Assembly (NCBI GenBank): GCA_002269645.1
Contig: NIVC01000166.1
Coordinates: 1-64,000, forward strand
DNA from: Macrostomum lignano
Taxonomy: Eukaryota
Direction: 5' to 3'
Length of the DNA: 64,000 bases
Shown: piece by piece, positions 46,311 to 59,735 of the stretch
Position numbering within the stretch: the stretch's first letter is position 1
How the letters are laid out: the number at the start of each line of letters is the position of its first letter
Position numbers and translations under genes: made by a program
Notes under the pieces: model-generated
Told to the model about the DNA's origin: nothing
Databases searched by the model: none
Seen by the model: only the letters and a program-made list of their open reading frames with translations

Positions 46311-49300
46311 GTATTATAATTGCTTGCATTTCTTTAACAATTTTCTTTCAGAATTAGCTAACGATTTTGTGCACCGATTAACACCCGCGTCAGGGAGTCC
46401 AGATGACTTTCTTGCTAAGGTAACGCAGTTTTCCTACCATTGTACTTTGCCTGTTAATTGCTTGACCTTTTGACCTTGTGAATTGCACTCCGCTGATCCA
46501 TGCTCAAACTCAGTGAGACTGAAGCTCCGCTGCTCAAACTCAGTGAGACTTTGAAGCTCCGCTGCTCAAACTCAGTGAGACTTTGAAGCTCCGCTGCTCA
46601 AACTCAGTGAGACTGAAGCCCCCGCTGCTCAAACTCAGTGAGACTTTGAAGCTCCGCTGCTCAAACTCAATGAGACTTTGAAGCTCCGCTGCTCAAACTC
46701 AGTGAGACTTTGAAGCTCCGCTGCTCAAACTCAGTGAGACTTTGAAGCCCCCGCTGCTCAAACTCAGTGAGACTGAAGCCCCCGCTGCTCAAACTCAGTG
46801 AGACTTTGAAGCTCCGCTGCTCAAACTCAGTGAGACTTTGAAGCCCCCGCTGCTCAAACTCAGTGAGACTGAAGCCCCCGCTGCTCAAACTCAGTGAGAC
46901 ATTGAAGCTCCGCTGCTCAAACTCAGTGAGACTTTGAAGCCCCCGCTGCTCAACCTCTGAACTCAAAATCTCAAACTCAAAGTGGGTATTTTACCATCGA
47001 TCCGCTCGCACAGACTCCGCCACCGCCGCCGCAACAGCCGCCTCCGAGAAAGCGGCGTCGAACCTCGGCCGCGTCGTCCAGTTCCTCATCAACAGTCAAC
47101 AGCGCCAATGGTGGAGACGCCGCGACCGCTGGTGCTGGCAGTGGACTCGCCAGGTCAGAGACTGGCAGCTCTGCCAGATCCTCGGCGCACCGCTCAAGCC
47201 AGCAGCAGCAGCAGTTCCCAATGCACCCGCCCGCTGCCAGCGCCAGTCTGTGGCGATCCGCCTCCAGCAGCAGCGGCGTTGCCAACCAGCAGCAGCCGTC
47301 TGGGTGAGTGTGCGGAGAGGGAGAGGGAGAGATGAACAGGTGGATATTGAGAGGTGGGTAGGGAGAGGTGGGTAGGGAGAGGTGGGTAGGGAGAGGTGGG
47401 TAGAGAGAGGTTGTTAGGGAGAGGTGGGTAGGGAGAGGTTGTTAGGGAGAGGTGGGTAGAGAGAGGTGGCTAGGGAGAGGTGGGTAGGGAGAGGTGGCTA
47501 GGGAGAGGTTGGTAGGGAGAGGTGGCTAGGGAGAGGTGGGTAGGGAGAGGTTGTTAGGGAGAGGTGGGTAGGGAGAGGTGGATAGGGAGAGGTGGGTAGG
47601 GAGAGGTGGCTAGGGAGAGGTTGGTAGGGAGAGGTGGCTAGGGAGAGGTGGGTAGGGAAGAGGTGGATAGGGAGAGGTGGCTAGGGAGAGGTGGGTAGGG
47701 AGAGGTGGCTAGGGAGAGGTGGATAGGGAGAGGTGGCTAGGGAGAGGTGGATAGGGAGAGGTGGGTAGGGAGAGGTGGCTAGGGAGAGGTGGATAGGGAG
47801 AGGTGGATAGGGAGAGGTTGGTAGGGAGAGGTGGCTAGGGAGAGGTGGATAGGGAGAGGTGGATAGGGAGAGGTGGGTAGGGAGAGGTGGCTAGGGAGAG
47901 GTGGCTAGGGAGAGGTGGCTAGGGAGAGGTGGCTAGGGAGAGGTGGGTAGGGAGAGGTGGCTAGGGAGAGGTTGGTAGGGAGAGGTGGCTAGGGAGAGGT
48001 GGATAGGGAGAGGTGGCTAGGGAGAGGTGGATAGGGAGAGGTGGGTAGGGAGAGGTGGGTAGGGAGAGGTGGATAGGGAGAGGTGGATAGGGAGAGGTGG
48101 GTAGGGAGAGGTGGGTAGGGAGAGGTGGCTAGGGAGAGGTTGGTAGGGAGAGGTGGGTAGGGAGAGGTGGGTAGGGAGAGGCGAGTAGGGAGAGGTGGGT
48201 AGGGAGAGGTGGCTAGGGAGAGGTGGCTAGGGAGAGTTTGTTAGGGAGAGGTTGCAAGGGAGAGGTGGCTAGGGAGAGTTTGTTAGGGAGAGGTTGCAAG
48301 GGAGAGGTGGCTAGGGAGAGTTGGATAGGGAGAGGCGGGTAGGGAGAGGCCGGTAGGGAGAGGCCGGTAGGGAGAGGCGGGTAGGGAGAGGCCGGTAGGG
48401 AGAGGTGGGTAGGGAGAGGCCGGTAGGGAGAGGCGGGTAGGGAGAGGCGGGTAGGGAGAGGCGGGTAGGGAGAGGCGGGTAGGAAGACGGCAATGCCTGG
48501 GTCAGCAGTGCTATCCATCAAGCTGTTTCCGCTAACCAGCACCGCCACTCCCAACCCATCGATCACTCCAGCCCACAGCAGCAGACTCTTGAACAGCCTC
48601 CGCCGCCCTCGCCGCTGCACCGGCTTCACGCAGCGGCGCCAGCCAGTCAGCAGCAGAGTCTGCCTACCCTGCTGCCCATCCCGCCGCCGCAGCAGTTCCG
48701 CACCGGCCAGGACAGCGGCGCCGGCTTCGTGTACGTCAGCCAGTTCTCCCAGCACCGGCCGCCGACTGCCTATCACGTGACCGAAGGCTTGGACCTGCTG
48801 CCGGCAGCCTACTTGGACCAGTTTGGCGTGGCCAATTTAGCTCAGCAGCAGCAGCCTCAGCAGCAGCAACAGTCCAGCAGCCGCAACTCAAGCCTGTTGC
48901 TTCATTTCCTGTCTTTACTGGAGCTAGAAGAAGAGACAAATTATCAGCAGTTGCAGTTGTACCAGAATCTGCACCAGCACCAGCAGCAGCAGCAGCAGGA
49001 GCAGCGCCAGCGTCAGCCAAGCAACCTGGACAGCCTGTTGCACCTGGCCGCTCAGGTGGGCGGCGCAGCAGCTGGCGGTGGCGCCGGCATCCGAGGCGCC
49101 GATCGGCAGGAGCTGGACAGCCGCCTGCCCGCCTACAGATTCGTGCCGGGCAGCCAGCGTCGCCGACGCGCCGCCACGGCCGGCAGCAGCTGTGTCGTCT
49201 GCCTGGCCGACTTCGAGGCCCGGCAGCAGCTGCGCGGCCTGGCCTGCGGTCACGAGTTCCACGCCCGCTGCGTCGACCGCTGGCTGAAGCAGAACCGGAC

Positions 49301-49361
49301 CTGCCCGATTTGTCGGGCGGACGCGGTGAGCGGTCAGCCGCAGCGGCTGCAGCATCCGTGA
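45998..49361 (+). CDS. RNF38: RNF38/RNF44-like RING-H2 E3 ligase, 4 exons: 45998-46247, 46352-46419, 47014-47303, 48509 (or 48506)-49361 (~486 aa)
   Basis: C-terminal CVVCLADFEARQQLRGLACGHEFHARCVDRWLKQNRTCPICRADA preceded by LLHLAAQVG..LPAYRF, as in RNF38/44. Junctions are phase-consistent; the 5' exons are low-complexity and less certain. Confidence 0.82.
46490..46960 (+). repeat. 30-32-bp minisatellite in RNF38-like intron 2
   Basis: (CTGCTCAAACTCAGTGAGACTTTGAAGCTCCG)n. Confidence 0.93.
47349..48482 (+). repeat. G-rich 14-bp minisatellite filling RNF38-like intron 3
   Basis: About 80 copies of GGGAGAGGTGGGTA variants. Confidence 0.95.
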
Positions 49362-49489
49362 CGATCGCAGCTGGCTGTGATGTGAACTGTACTTTGAGGG
49401 GGGGGGGGCTCTCGGCTCTGGTCTCTTCTTCTCTCCGTCCAAAATTACCCGCAACGAAATTTAGAAAAAGTTCTGAAAATTCGCCCCTG

Positions 49490-50240
49490 CCCCTACCAGG
49501 AGAATTTTTTGCTTCTGAAAATTCCCCTAGAGAATGTTTTGCTTCTGAAAATTCCCCTAGAGAATGTTTTGCTTCTGAAAATTCCCCTAGAGAATGTTTT
49601 GCTTCTGAAAATTCCTCTAGAGAATGTTTTTCTTCTGAAAATTCCCCTAGAGAATGTTTTTCTTCTGAAAATTCCCCTAGAGAATGTTTTTCTTCTGAAA
49701 ATTCCCCTAGAGAATGTTTTTCTTCTGAAAATTCCCCTGGAGAATGTTTTGCTGTAAACGAATCCCGTAAAAATTGCTGTGCTGTGGAAATTTCCTGGAG
49801 CATATTCTACTTCTAAAAATTCCCCTGGAGCATATTCTACTTCTAAAAATTCCCCTGGAGCATATTCTACTTCTAAAAATTCCCCTGGAGCATATTCTAC
49901 TTCTCGAAATTCCCCTGGAGCATATTCTACTTCTAAAAATTCCCCTGGAGCATATTCTACTTCTCAAAATTTCCCTGGAAACTTTTGTGGTTCTAAAAAT
50001 TCCCTGAAGAATTTTTGCTCTAGACGAATTCCCTAGAAAATTCTGTGCTGTGGAAATTTCCTGGAGCATATTCTACTTCTAAAAATTCCCCTGGAGCATA
50101 TTCTACTTCTAAAAATTCCCCTGGAGCATATTCTACTTCTCAAAATTTCCCTGGAAACTTTTGTGGTTCTAAAAATTCCCTGAAGAATTTTTGCTCTAGA
50201 CGAATTCCCTAGAAAATGCTGTGCTGTGGAAATTCCTTGA
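49490..50240. repeat. Two related 30-bp minisatellites
   Basis: TTCCCCTAGAGAATGTTTTGCTTCTGAAAA followed by TTCCCCTGGAGCATATTCTACTTCTAAAAA. Confidence 0.9.
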
Positions 50241-51537
50241 AACTTCTTGCTCCTAAAAAACCATCCTGAAGAATTTTATTCAAATGGTTTATCGGTTAAT
50301 TGTCTCGATGAATCCCCCGGAAAATTCTGGCTCAATAAATTCCCTTCTCTGCAAAGAGATCCGTAATTACTATGTTCAGAAATTTGTTGCTTATTAAATA
50401 ATGCACAGCTTACCATGTGATATGTTGCAGTAAAAAGAATTTCCCTCGCAGCAATTAATGCAGATATTGGTTCACTAACTACTTAGTTAGTAATATACAC
50501 GCGTAAGATTCTTATTACAAAAAACGTTTTTAAACACTATAGATAAATATTGAAACACAGTTGGTGCAAAATTAACTATTTTATTTTTATTGCGACTTCA
50601 TTTTTTTATTTAACGCGGATTTTCTATAATAGCGTACTACTATTGAGCAGTAGGTCAGTTGGCTTGTGCTGCTTGTAATTGTATTATTTGTTCATTATTT
50701 TGCCTCAGTAAGACTTGCGTTTTAAAAAAATGATTCTTACTTAATTTAATTGACGCGCAATTTTTCTTTTGTAAATTAGTTATTAGTAATTCTACTACTA
50801 TTATCGCTTGTCACATGACCGATTCTCATGTCATTTTGCGCTCCATAAAGTTCTTTACGATACATATCGGCAATTTCACAATTTTTTGCAATGACCCTCT
50901 CCTACTTCTTACATCTCTCTTTCTTCCCTTGCATCTTTTCTTTTTAGACCCTTGCCTCATTTTTTCTCTTTCCTTTCTAAAACCATACTTTTGTAAATAG
51001 CTCATTTCTTGTTTTCATAATTAATTAGCTATATGCATCAAATCCAGCATGCCCTACCTAGATCCGACACTTAATAATTGATTATATCTGTTGTTGAGCA
51101 CTGATACATTAAACTTTTTGTAAGGTATTGTTACGACACAGCTCTTTTCCTGCCTCCTACTCATATTAATGCCTTGAAATATTTTAATCGAACTTTATTT
51201 TCTGTAGTATGTGGATATCTGGTTTCTCTCTGTATTGAATTTACTTCGCAAGCAAACTGTAAAGAAAACTTTTTGTTATAAACAAATAAAACAAGATTAC
51301 ATTAGTATTCATTGCACTTTTGAATAGTAAATATTATTTCTGTATTTTTATAAAAACACATCTTTTACACGCGTATCGCTTTATTGCCGTGCGAACTTTA
51401 TTAATTTATTGATTGATTGCGAAGCTGGCTACTAATGAGTAGTACATTTCAGTATTTGGGAGTCACGTCTAGTTTAAAGTAGGATCCTTTGAGATAAAAT
51501 GTGAAACACAATGAGAGCGCAATCGAGTTATGGCTGG

Positions 51538-54500
51538 TTACCATAGCAACACGTTGACAGCGTCGCTTGGACTCGGTGCGGTAGTGAAGTTTCCTGGAAA
51601 CTCTGTTGCGACGGTGGTGCCGTTGGAGTCCTCGTGGTGGATCTGCGGCTCGGGCACCGTGAGCCTGATGAGCACAGCCAGAACTATATAGCTGATGAGC
51701 AGTATGGCCGCTGGGATTTTCGATTTGAGCACTTTGCCGACGGAAATTCGCTTGTTGTCCAAGTTTGCGGATGTCCCTGCAGCTACTGAGTTGTCTGGCA
51801 CGAGCTGGTCGAAGCTTCTCTGAGATCGGCCGCCGGCTAGGATGGCTGCAGAGGGTGTCAGGGGATGGGCACACTGAGGTGTCAGGGGATGGGCAAACTG
51901 AGGTGTCATGGGACGGGCACACTGAGGTGTCAGGGGATGGGGACACTTTGAGGTGTCAGGGGATGGGGCATACCTTGAGGTGTCAGGGGATGGGGCATAC
52001 CTTGAGGTGTCAGGGGATGGGCACACTGAGGTGTCAGGGATGGGCACTGCACTTTGAGGTGTCAGGGGATGGGCACACTTCGAGGTTTCAGGGGATGGGC
52101 ACACTTTGAGGTGTCAGGAGATGGGCACACTGAGGTGTCAGGAGATGGGCACACTGAGGTATTTGGAGGCGGCACACTTCGAGGTGTCAGGAGGCGACAC
52201 ACTTTCAGTTGCCAGACGACACTGCTGTGCTCAAACAACTAAAAAGCAGCCCAGCAACTCACGCCGGGTCTCATCGTGAGTAATAAATCCTTCAACGTCG
52301 GTCTCGCGCTCCGCAGAGCCGGACACCTTCTTGGACACGCCGGTCCAGTCCAGCCTGAGAGTGATCACCAGTCCGAGTATATTCCAGGCCACGGACGAGA
52401 TCAAGTAGCCGCTCCATAGGCCGAGCATCCCGATGCCCACAGCGAAGGTCAGACTGAGACCGATGGGGTGCCCGATGAACCAAAGTGCCACCAGGGCGAT
52501 GACCACGCAGGTGTTATGAAAGTTGCAGCCACGCAGCGCCGCTATGTGGCCCCAAGCCGAGGCGATGACGAACACGTACGGGATGACGAAGTAGATGATC
52601 TGGCTGAATATCTCGGTGGTCTCCTCGTCCGCTGAGAATATCTTTGGAATGACGTCTTTGAGAGCCAGCATCAGAAGGGCTTCGATTAGGCCGATGAAGC
52701 CTACAAGGTATTCAGGACAGCGACTAATTTAGTGAGCTGTGGCGAAGGATTTATAAATATCGGCTTGCGAGAATTGTGGAGTTTTAAAGAGGGCTTCACC
52801 AACGCTATTGACATCAATAGCGTGGATGAAAGCGCAAACTGTCTGAACAGCTAAAGTCTCAAGCGCTAAAATGTCTCCAGCGTAAATATCCCGAGCGCTG
52901 ACAGTCATAAGAGCGCATGTCTCCTGCGCTACCGTCAGCACAGCAAATTGTCGCCAGAGCGAACTGTCTCCACTGCTAAATGAAAATATTTGATATCAAA
53001 ATGAAAGCTTGGGGTAGGGCAAACAACCTCGCCCCCAGCCAATTAGAACTAAGCAGGCTGCGTGCACTGATGAGGAGGCGTAAGCCAACTTACGCAGCAA
53101 TAATTCAGAACACAAATTTCATGGCTGTGTACATACGATTTCCATGTACGGTAAGATACGTTGTTAGGCTTCACCAGGTTTAATTTATTAGTTACAATCC
53201 ATTTACTCGTATAATACAAGCGTACCAACAAAAAATAAAATTCTGTGACTATACTGTGGAAAGCGGAATGTCCCTCCTGTGGGAAAACATGCAGTGAGTG
53301 CACCAAGCCGATTGTCGATCTTCTCGACCCAAGCAGACATACCATGTGGGTGGCTCCATGACGCCTCAAGATGATACTGCCAACGGTGAGGATCTTCTTA
53401 ACCTCTGTGAGATAAGCTCAGTTAACTTTGTCGACGCCAAGATGGAGAACACTGTCATCGGCGAAGTCCGTGTTCCCAAGCAGCTGGACACGGGTGCAGC
53501 AGTGACTGTCATCTCATCCACCATTTGGGAGTCTCTAAAGAGTCCACCGCTCCAAAAAGTCATCGCCGCCTACAGGCCAACGATGGTCACGATCTCAAGG
53601 TTCTTTGCACCCTCACGACTACCATAGACTTACGTGGCCGGCTGCACCCCGCCCAGCTGACCATCTTGAAATCTGAGAAGCAATTTGGTACTGCTAGGAA
53701 AGCCGCTCCCAAGGAGGACAAAGACACTTCCAGTGATCAAGGGCGCCGAGGCCAAGTTGTCACTTGTGGAAGGCGCTGCCTCCAAGTTTTACCGAGCCCG
53801 TCATGTGTCCGTTGCCATGGAGTCTGCGGTGAACGCCGAGCTGGAGAGACTTCAAAAACTGGGTGTGATCGAGCCTGTGGACGGCCCGGAAAGCAACTCC
53901 TCTGGATGTGTGGGTGAAGAAGAAGGGCGGGTCACTTAGAATGTGCGCTGATTAAAGCGTACACACGTGACTGCGAAAATAAGGTCCGAGGATTACCTTA
54001 TTCCTATTGAAAAATAAAGGACTGTTAATTAAAGGACTGCGTAAAACGCCTTCAGATTCTCTCCGACATGAAGGGCGTCTTAATCTACCAGGACAATGTG
54101 TTGGTTTTTGTTGAAAACTCTGAATCCCTGCACAAGCTCTTGCTCGCCGTGAAAACCAGGCTAGCCGAGAAACATGTCACAAGCAATGAAGCTATAAGTG
54201 CGTTGAGGTGACCGATGAATTTTTTTTCTGTTTCCAGATTTCTGCGTCTGGCATCAAGCCAGACAATTGACTTGTGGAGAAAATCAGATGCATCGCCGTC
54301 CCAATAGACTAAGCGAAGCTTCTTAACGAGTTACAGCGGGACAACGCCGCGTTTGTGTGGGCGGATGCCTGCAATCGAGCATTTGAAGCATTTAAGCAAG
54401 ATATTACGTCACAGCCTGTGGTGCAGCCTTATTCCCTGGAGAAGGAGGTCATCATCACAACTGAGGCCTCAAAAGGTGCCCTTGCTGGTGTAGTGACTCA

Positions 54501-57500
54501 GAATGGCCTCCCTATAATCTACATTTCCTGAAGCCTGTCTAGGTCCGAGCAGAATTATTCGAACAACGACTATCTGGGCAGTTAGCCGACTGAGGCACTA
54601 ACTACTTGGGAGGAATTTGACGATCAGCACTGAAGATCAACCGATCTAGAGCGTCTAGTTGGTCAATCTGGCGGTGTTCCAGTTAACACATCAGCTCAAA
54701 TTTCTCGGTGGGCCATGAAAATGATGCGATTCGACTATACGTCATCGACTACGTACCTAGCAAAGATATACCAGCACTCGCGCTGATATACCTAACGGCT
54801 TGTACCTACATGTAAAGAGTTTCCCTGCCTCAAAAAACCTGGCTCAGCCCCCACAGTCGGGCACTCACCGAGCAGTGCCAGGATGACCTTGTACACCTGT
54901 TTGCCTTTCACATAATTAGCGGCGCCCATGTACCGGCCGATTCTGGTGATGGCTGCCGAGCCGGCGCCCACGCATGGCTGCATGGTGAGGATGAATAGCT
55001 GGAAGATGATGCCCTGAGCTGCCAGCTCCGCCTTGCCCAGGTACCCGGCAACAAAGGTGCCCATCTCGGAGGAGCTCACGAAGACCAGCTGGTTGGCGAT
55101 CGACGGGAACAGATTGTAGTAGTACTCACCCCACTGCAGGAAGCAGCGCATGGACCAGCCTGCAGGGCGAGGGTGAGTTCCGGGGGATCTGGGATCAGAT
55201 TGGGGATCTGGGATCAGCTTGGGGATCTGGGATCAGCTTGGGGATCTGGGATCAGATTGGGGATCTGGGATCTGCTTGTGGATCTGGGATCAGCTTGAGG
55301 ATCTGGGAACAGCTTGGGGATCTGGGATCAGCTTGGGGATCTGGGATCAGCTTGGGGATCTGGGATCAGCTTGGGGATCTGGGATCAGCTTGGGGATCTG
55401 GGATCAGCTTGGGGATCTGGGATCTGCTTGGGGATCTGGGATCAGCTTGAGGATCTGGGATCAGTTTGGGGATCTGGGATCAGCTTGAGGATCTGGGATC
55501 AGCTTGAGGATCTGGGATCAGCTTGAGGATCTGGGATCAGATTGGGGATCTGGGATCTGCTTGTGGATCTGGGATCAGCTTGGGGATCTGGGATCAGCTT
55601 GAGGATCTGAGATCAGCTTGGGGATCTGGGATCAGCTTGAGGATCTGGGATCAGCTTGTGGATCTGGGATCAGCTTGGGGATCTGGGATCAGCTTGGGGA
55701 TCTGGGATCAGCTTGGGGATCTGGGATCAGCTTGAGGATCTGGGATCAGCTTGTGGATCTGGGATCAGCTTGTGGATCTGGGATCAGCTTGGGATCAGGG
55801 ATCAGCTTGGGGATCTGGGATCAGCTTGAGGATCTGGGATCAGCTTGGGGATCTGGGGATCAACAAGGATTCAGGATGTCATTAGAGTGCGCAACACTCA
55901 CTACTCCTATGAAAAGGAGCAGGAAGTGTGATAAGATAAGATAAGGTCTCAAAGCATCTGAGATCAATTTCACTTACCAGGCCAAGTGTCTTTGTGCACC
56001 TTGCTGATCACAATGTAAGAAGTCATCATCACGGGCAGGAGGCAGAGCGAGCAGCAGAGCCCCAATGCGGCGCCGCTGCACAAAGATTGTAGAGGGAATC
56101 TGTTGGTACAACTTTGCTATTCAAACTATGACAGAAGCCTGAGTTTGCGCCATTTATTCAAAAAACTCGGCGCTATTGGGCCCATCAATAATCGAGATAG
56201 CCCCCTTGGAAGACAGAAAGGTTCGCGCCACTTTAATATTGACCTTGGCGCCATTTCAAAATTGACCTTGGCACCATTTCCATATTGACCTTGGCGCCAT
56301 TTAAATATTGACCTTGGCGCCATTTCAATATTGACCTTGGCACCACCATTTCAATATTGACCTTGGCGCCATTTCAATATGACCTTGGCTCCACTTCAAT
56401 ATTGAACTTGGCGCCATTTTAATATTGACTTTGGTGCCATTTCAATATTGACTTTGGTGCCATTTCAATATTGACTTTGGTGCCATTTCAATATTGACTT
56501 TGGTGCCATTTCAATATTGACTTTGGTGCCATTTCAATATTGACCTTGGCGCCATTTCGATATTAACCTTGGCGCCATCTCAATATTGACCTTGGCACCC
56601 TCCCTACAGACCCCACAGCGCCCCTCTCCAAAGCAATCCCAGCACCTACTTGACTCCGAGTCCCAGCTGGAACACGAACAGCGCCTCCAGACCGAGGCAG
56701 ACCAGCAGGGACACCAGGTGCATGAACAGGGTGGGGAACACCCGTTGCAGGCAGTCCATGTACGCCATCTGGACTCGATAGATCAGCACGCACAGACAGC
56801 CGGGCATCAGGATGGTGATGAAGGTCTGCGAGCCGCTGGGTCATTGGGAAAGGGATTTAAAAGGGGGATATTTATTTTCCGTCTATGAAGCATTTGACTG
56901 GGTCAGAAATGGTGTACGTTTCAGATAGTGAGAGAGAGATAGACAGGTGAGAGATATACAGGTGAGAGATAGACACGTGAGAGATAGACAGGTGAGATAT
57001 AGACAAGTGAGAGATAGACACGTGAGAGATAGACAGGTGAGAGATAGACAGGTGAGAGATAGACACGTGAGAGATAGACAGGTGAGAGATAGACAAGTGA
57101 GAGATAGACAGGTGAGAGATAGACACGTGAGAGATAGACAGGTGAGAGATAGACAGGTGAGAGATACACAGGTGAGAGATACACAGGTGAGAGATATACA
57201 GGTGAGAGATGGACAGGTAAGAGATATACAGGTGAGAGATGGACAGATGAGACATGAACATGCAGTCGATCGTAGTATCGATATAGAACGGAAGAGACAA
57301 GGAAAATTCACAGAGCGAGCAATCATGAAGTTGAGCCTGCAATTCACTCACATGGCAATCTCTGCATCCTGGCCGATCAGCACCAGCAGTTTGGCACAAT
57401 TAACAGCGAGGCCGCAGCTTACAATCCACATGCACACTGCCGCAGTGATGGCTGCAGTCAAGCATTAATTATTAGAATATGTACGATTAATACACTGCTA

Positions 57501-58613
57501 GATGCGTCTGGACTATTAGGAAGGCCCAGTAAATTCCAAACACACCATTGAAAAGGTCAAAACAGAGACTCACAGCGCTGAACAATGACACCTGCTCGCT
57601 TCTTCTTTGAGCTGCCGAGCGCTTGCGACAGAAATGTGAGACAGGACCAGCGGAGACCGTTCTCGATTGGCACCACCACCAGCTGGAACACCTGTATAAA
57701 TTACGGTTGGTGTGGAACGTATACTGCCTTTCGCATTCCCGCCCATCACATCCCCTGCCATTCACATCCCCTGCCATTCACATCCCTTGCGTTGCCATAG
57801 TTACCGAGACAGCCAAGCTCGCGATGTCCAAGGCTTCAATGCCCAGAGCTCCGCAGAAGGCCAGAGTTGCGGGGTACATCAGGGCGTACAGCAGCACTGA
57901 AACCGTCTGCATAGAGGGTAGGTAGTGTTGGAGCTGTGATACGATATGGAAGTGCTAGGCTAATGTCTAACAGCTGAGGCTACTGTCTAACAGGTTAGGC
58001 TACTGTCTAACAGGTTAGGCTACTGTCTAACTTGCTAGGCTTCTGTCTAACAGGTTAGGCTACTGTCTAACAGGTTAGGCTACTGTCTAACAGATTAGGC
58101 TACTGTCTAACAGGTTAAGCTACTGTCTAACTTGCTAGGCTTCTGTCTAACAGGTTAGGCTACTGTCTAACAGGTTAGGCTACTGTCTAACAGGTTAGGC
58201 TACTGTCTAACAGGTTAGGCTACTGTCTAACTTGCTAGGCTTCTGTCTAACAGGTTAGGCTACTGTCTAACAGGTTAGGCTACTGTCTAACAGGTTAGGC
58301 TACTGTCTAACAGGTTAAGCTACTGTCTAACTTGCTAGGCTTCTGTCTAACAGGTTGGGCTACTGTCTAACAGCTTAGGCTAATGTCTAACAGGTCACGC
58401 TATTGTCTAACAGGTTAGGCTACTGTCTAACAGGTTAGGCTACTGTCTAACAGGTTAGGCTGCTGTCTAAGAGGTTAGGCTACTGTCTAACAGGTTAGGC
58501 TACTGTCTAACAGGTTAGGCTACTGTCTAACATAACAAAATGCTCACCATTGGCCATCCCAATTTGACCAGCGTGACCAGCTCAAACTTGTACTCGCTCC
58601 ACTCGATTCCCAT
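51538..58613 (-). CDS. SLC47A: MATE/SLC47-family transporter, 9 exons (transcript order): 58548-58613, 57805-57906, 57574-57691, 57352-57451, 56650-56835, 55978-56075, 54869-55159, 52263-52700, 51538-51845 (568 aa)
   Basis: Motifs ELVTLVKLGWPM, LTFLSQALG, LFVFQLGLGVNGAA, DTWPGWSMRCFLQWGEY, ELAAQGI, AAITRIGRYMGA, LRGC, IGHPIG, GLWSG and a C-terminal TM helix. All junctions are GT-AG and phase-consistent (1707 nt). Confidence 0.92.
51853..52195. repeat. ~24-bp minisatellite in the last MATE intron
   Basis: (GAGGTGTCAGGGGATGGGCACACT)n running almost up to the acceptor. Confidence 0.9.
52960..54790 (+). pseudogene. Decayed Ty3/Gypsy gag-pol fragment, antisense in MATE intron 7
   Basis: QLDTGAAVTVIS protease motif (~53481), ELERLQKLGVIEPV, LRMCAD, IYQDNVLV, RNase H SRSEQNYS; many stops and frameshifts; no LTRs found. 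Confidence 0.85.
55182..55858. repeat. 19-bp minisatellite in MATE intron 6
   Basis: (GGGGATCTGGGATCAGCTT)n. Confidence 0.95.
56226..56600. repeat. 23-bp minisatellite in MATE intron 5
   Basis: (CCATTTCAATATTGACCTTGGCG)n. Confidence 0.93.
56929..57250. repeat. 15-bp minisatellite in MATE intron 4
   Basis: (GAGAGATAGACAGGT)n. Confidence 0.93.
57955..58530. repeat. 20-bp minisatellite in MATE intron 1
   Basis: (CTGTCTAACAGGTTAGGCTA)n. Confidence 0.95.
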
Positions 58614-59173
58614 GGGAGGATCTGTTCCGAGTTTATCTATTTAATTTTAAGTGTATTTTACCTACTCAGTTGCAAAAAAAGTTTTTCGCGAACTAACTGA
58701 ATGTATTAACACTAAAGTTACATGCTACTGATTCCAGTTTGCGGTCAGTTGCCAATGCTTGGAAAGATTTAAGAATTCAAGAGCATAAATTCTCTCAGTT
58801 TGCCTATTTTGTGTACGTGTAAGTCAGCTCAATCTGACACTGTTATCTCTCACTGCACAGCTATAGAATTACTTGCAGTATGTGCTCATTTCCACTGCTG
58901 CAAACTTCAGTGAAACAAAAAGTTAAACGATAGTGTCAGACAGCTCAAAAGAAGTCGCTCGCCCTGTGCAGTCTGTCAGTGTCATTAAATCTGAGCAGTG
59001 GCGCAATGGCTGCACTTTGGACTGACACAGTTTTACTTACTTTACACTAAGCATACGAAGTACACGCAATGACGTGGGCTGCATGTACGAGCCAGTGTGA
59101 CGCAGTTGAGCTGATCACACCACCGATGAGGCTGGAATTCTGTGTACGCTTCTGATTTTCTAAAACTGCAGGA

Positions 59174-59735
59174 GAGATGAATGAGAAGAGATGGGGAGAT
59201 GGGAAGGACAGATGGGAAGGAGAGATGGGAAGGGGAGATGGGGAGGAGAGATGGGAAGGAGAGATGGGAAGGAGAGATGGGAAGGGGAGATGGGGAGGAG
59301 AGATGGGAAGGAGAGATGGGAAGGAGAGATGGGAAGGGGAGATGGGAAGGAGAGATGGGAAGGGGAGATGGGAAGGAGAGATGGGAAGGGGAGAAGGGGA
59401 GATGGGAAGGAGAGATGGAAGGAGAGATGGGAAGGAGAGATGGGAAGGAGAGATGGGAAAGAGAAATGGGAAGGAGAGATGGGAAGGGGAGAAGGGGAGA
59501 TGGGAAGGAGAGATGGGAAGGAGAGATGGGAAGGAGAGATGGGAAGGAGAGATGGGAAGGGGAGAAGGGGAGATGGGAAGGAGAGATGGGAAGGGGAGAA
59601 GGGGAGATGGGAAGGAGAGATGGGAAGGGGAGAAGGGGAGATGGGAAGGAGAGATGGAAGGAGAGATGAAAGGAGAAATGGGAAGGAGAGATGGGAAGGG
59701 GAGAAGGGGAGATGGGAAGGAGAGATGGGAAGGAG
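59174..59735. repeat. 13-bp purine-rich minisatellite
   Basis: (GGGAAGGAGAGAT)n. Confidence 0.95.
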
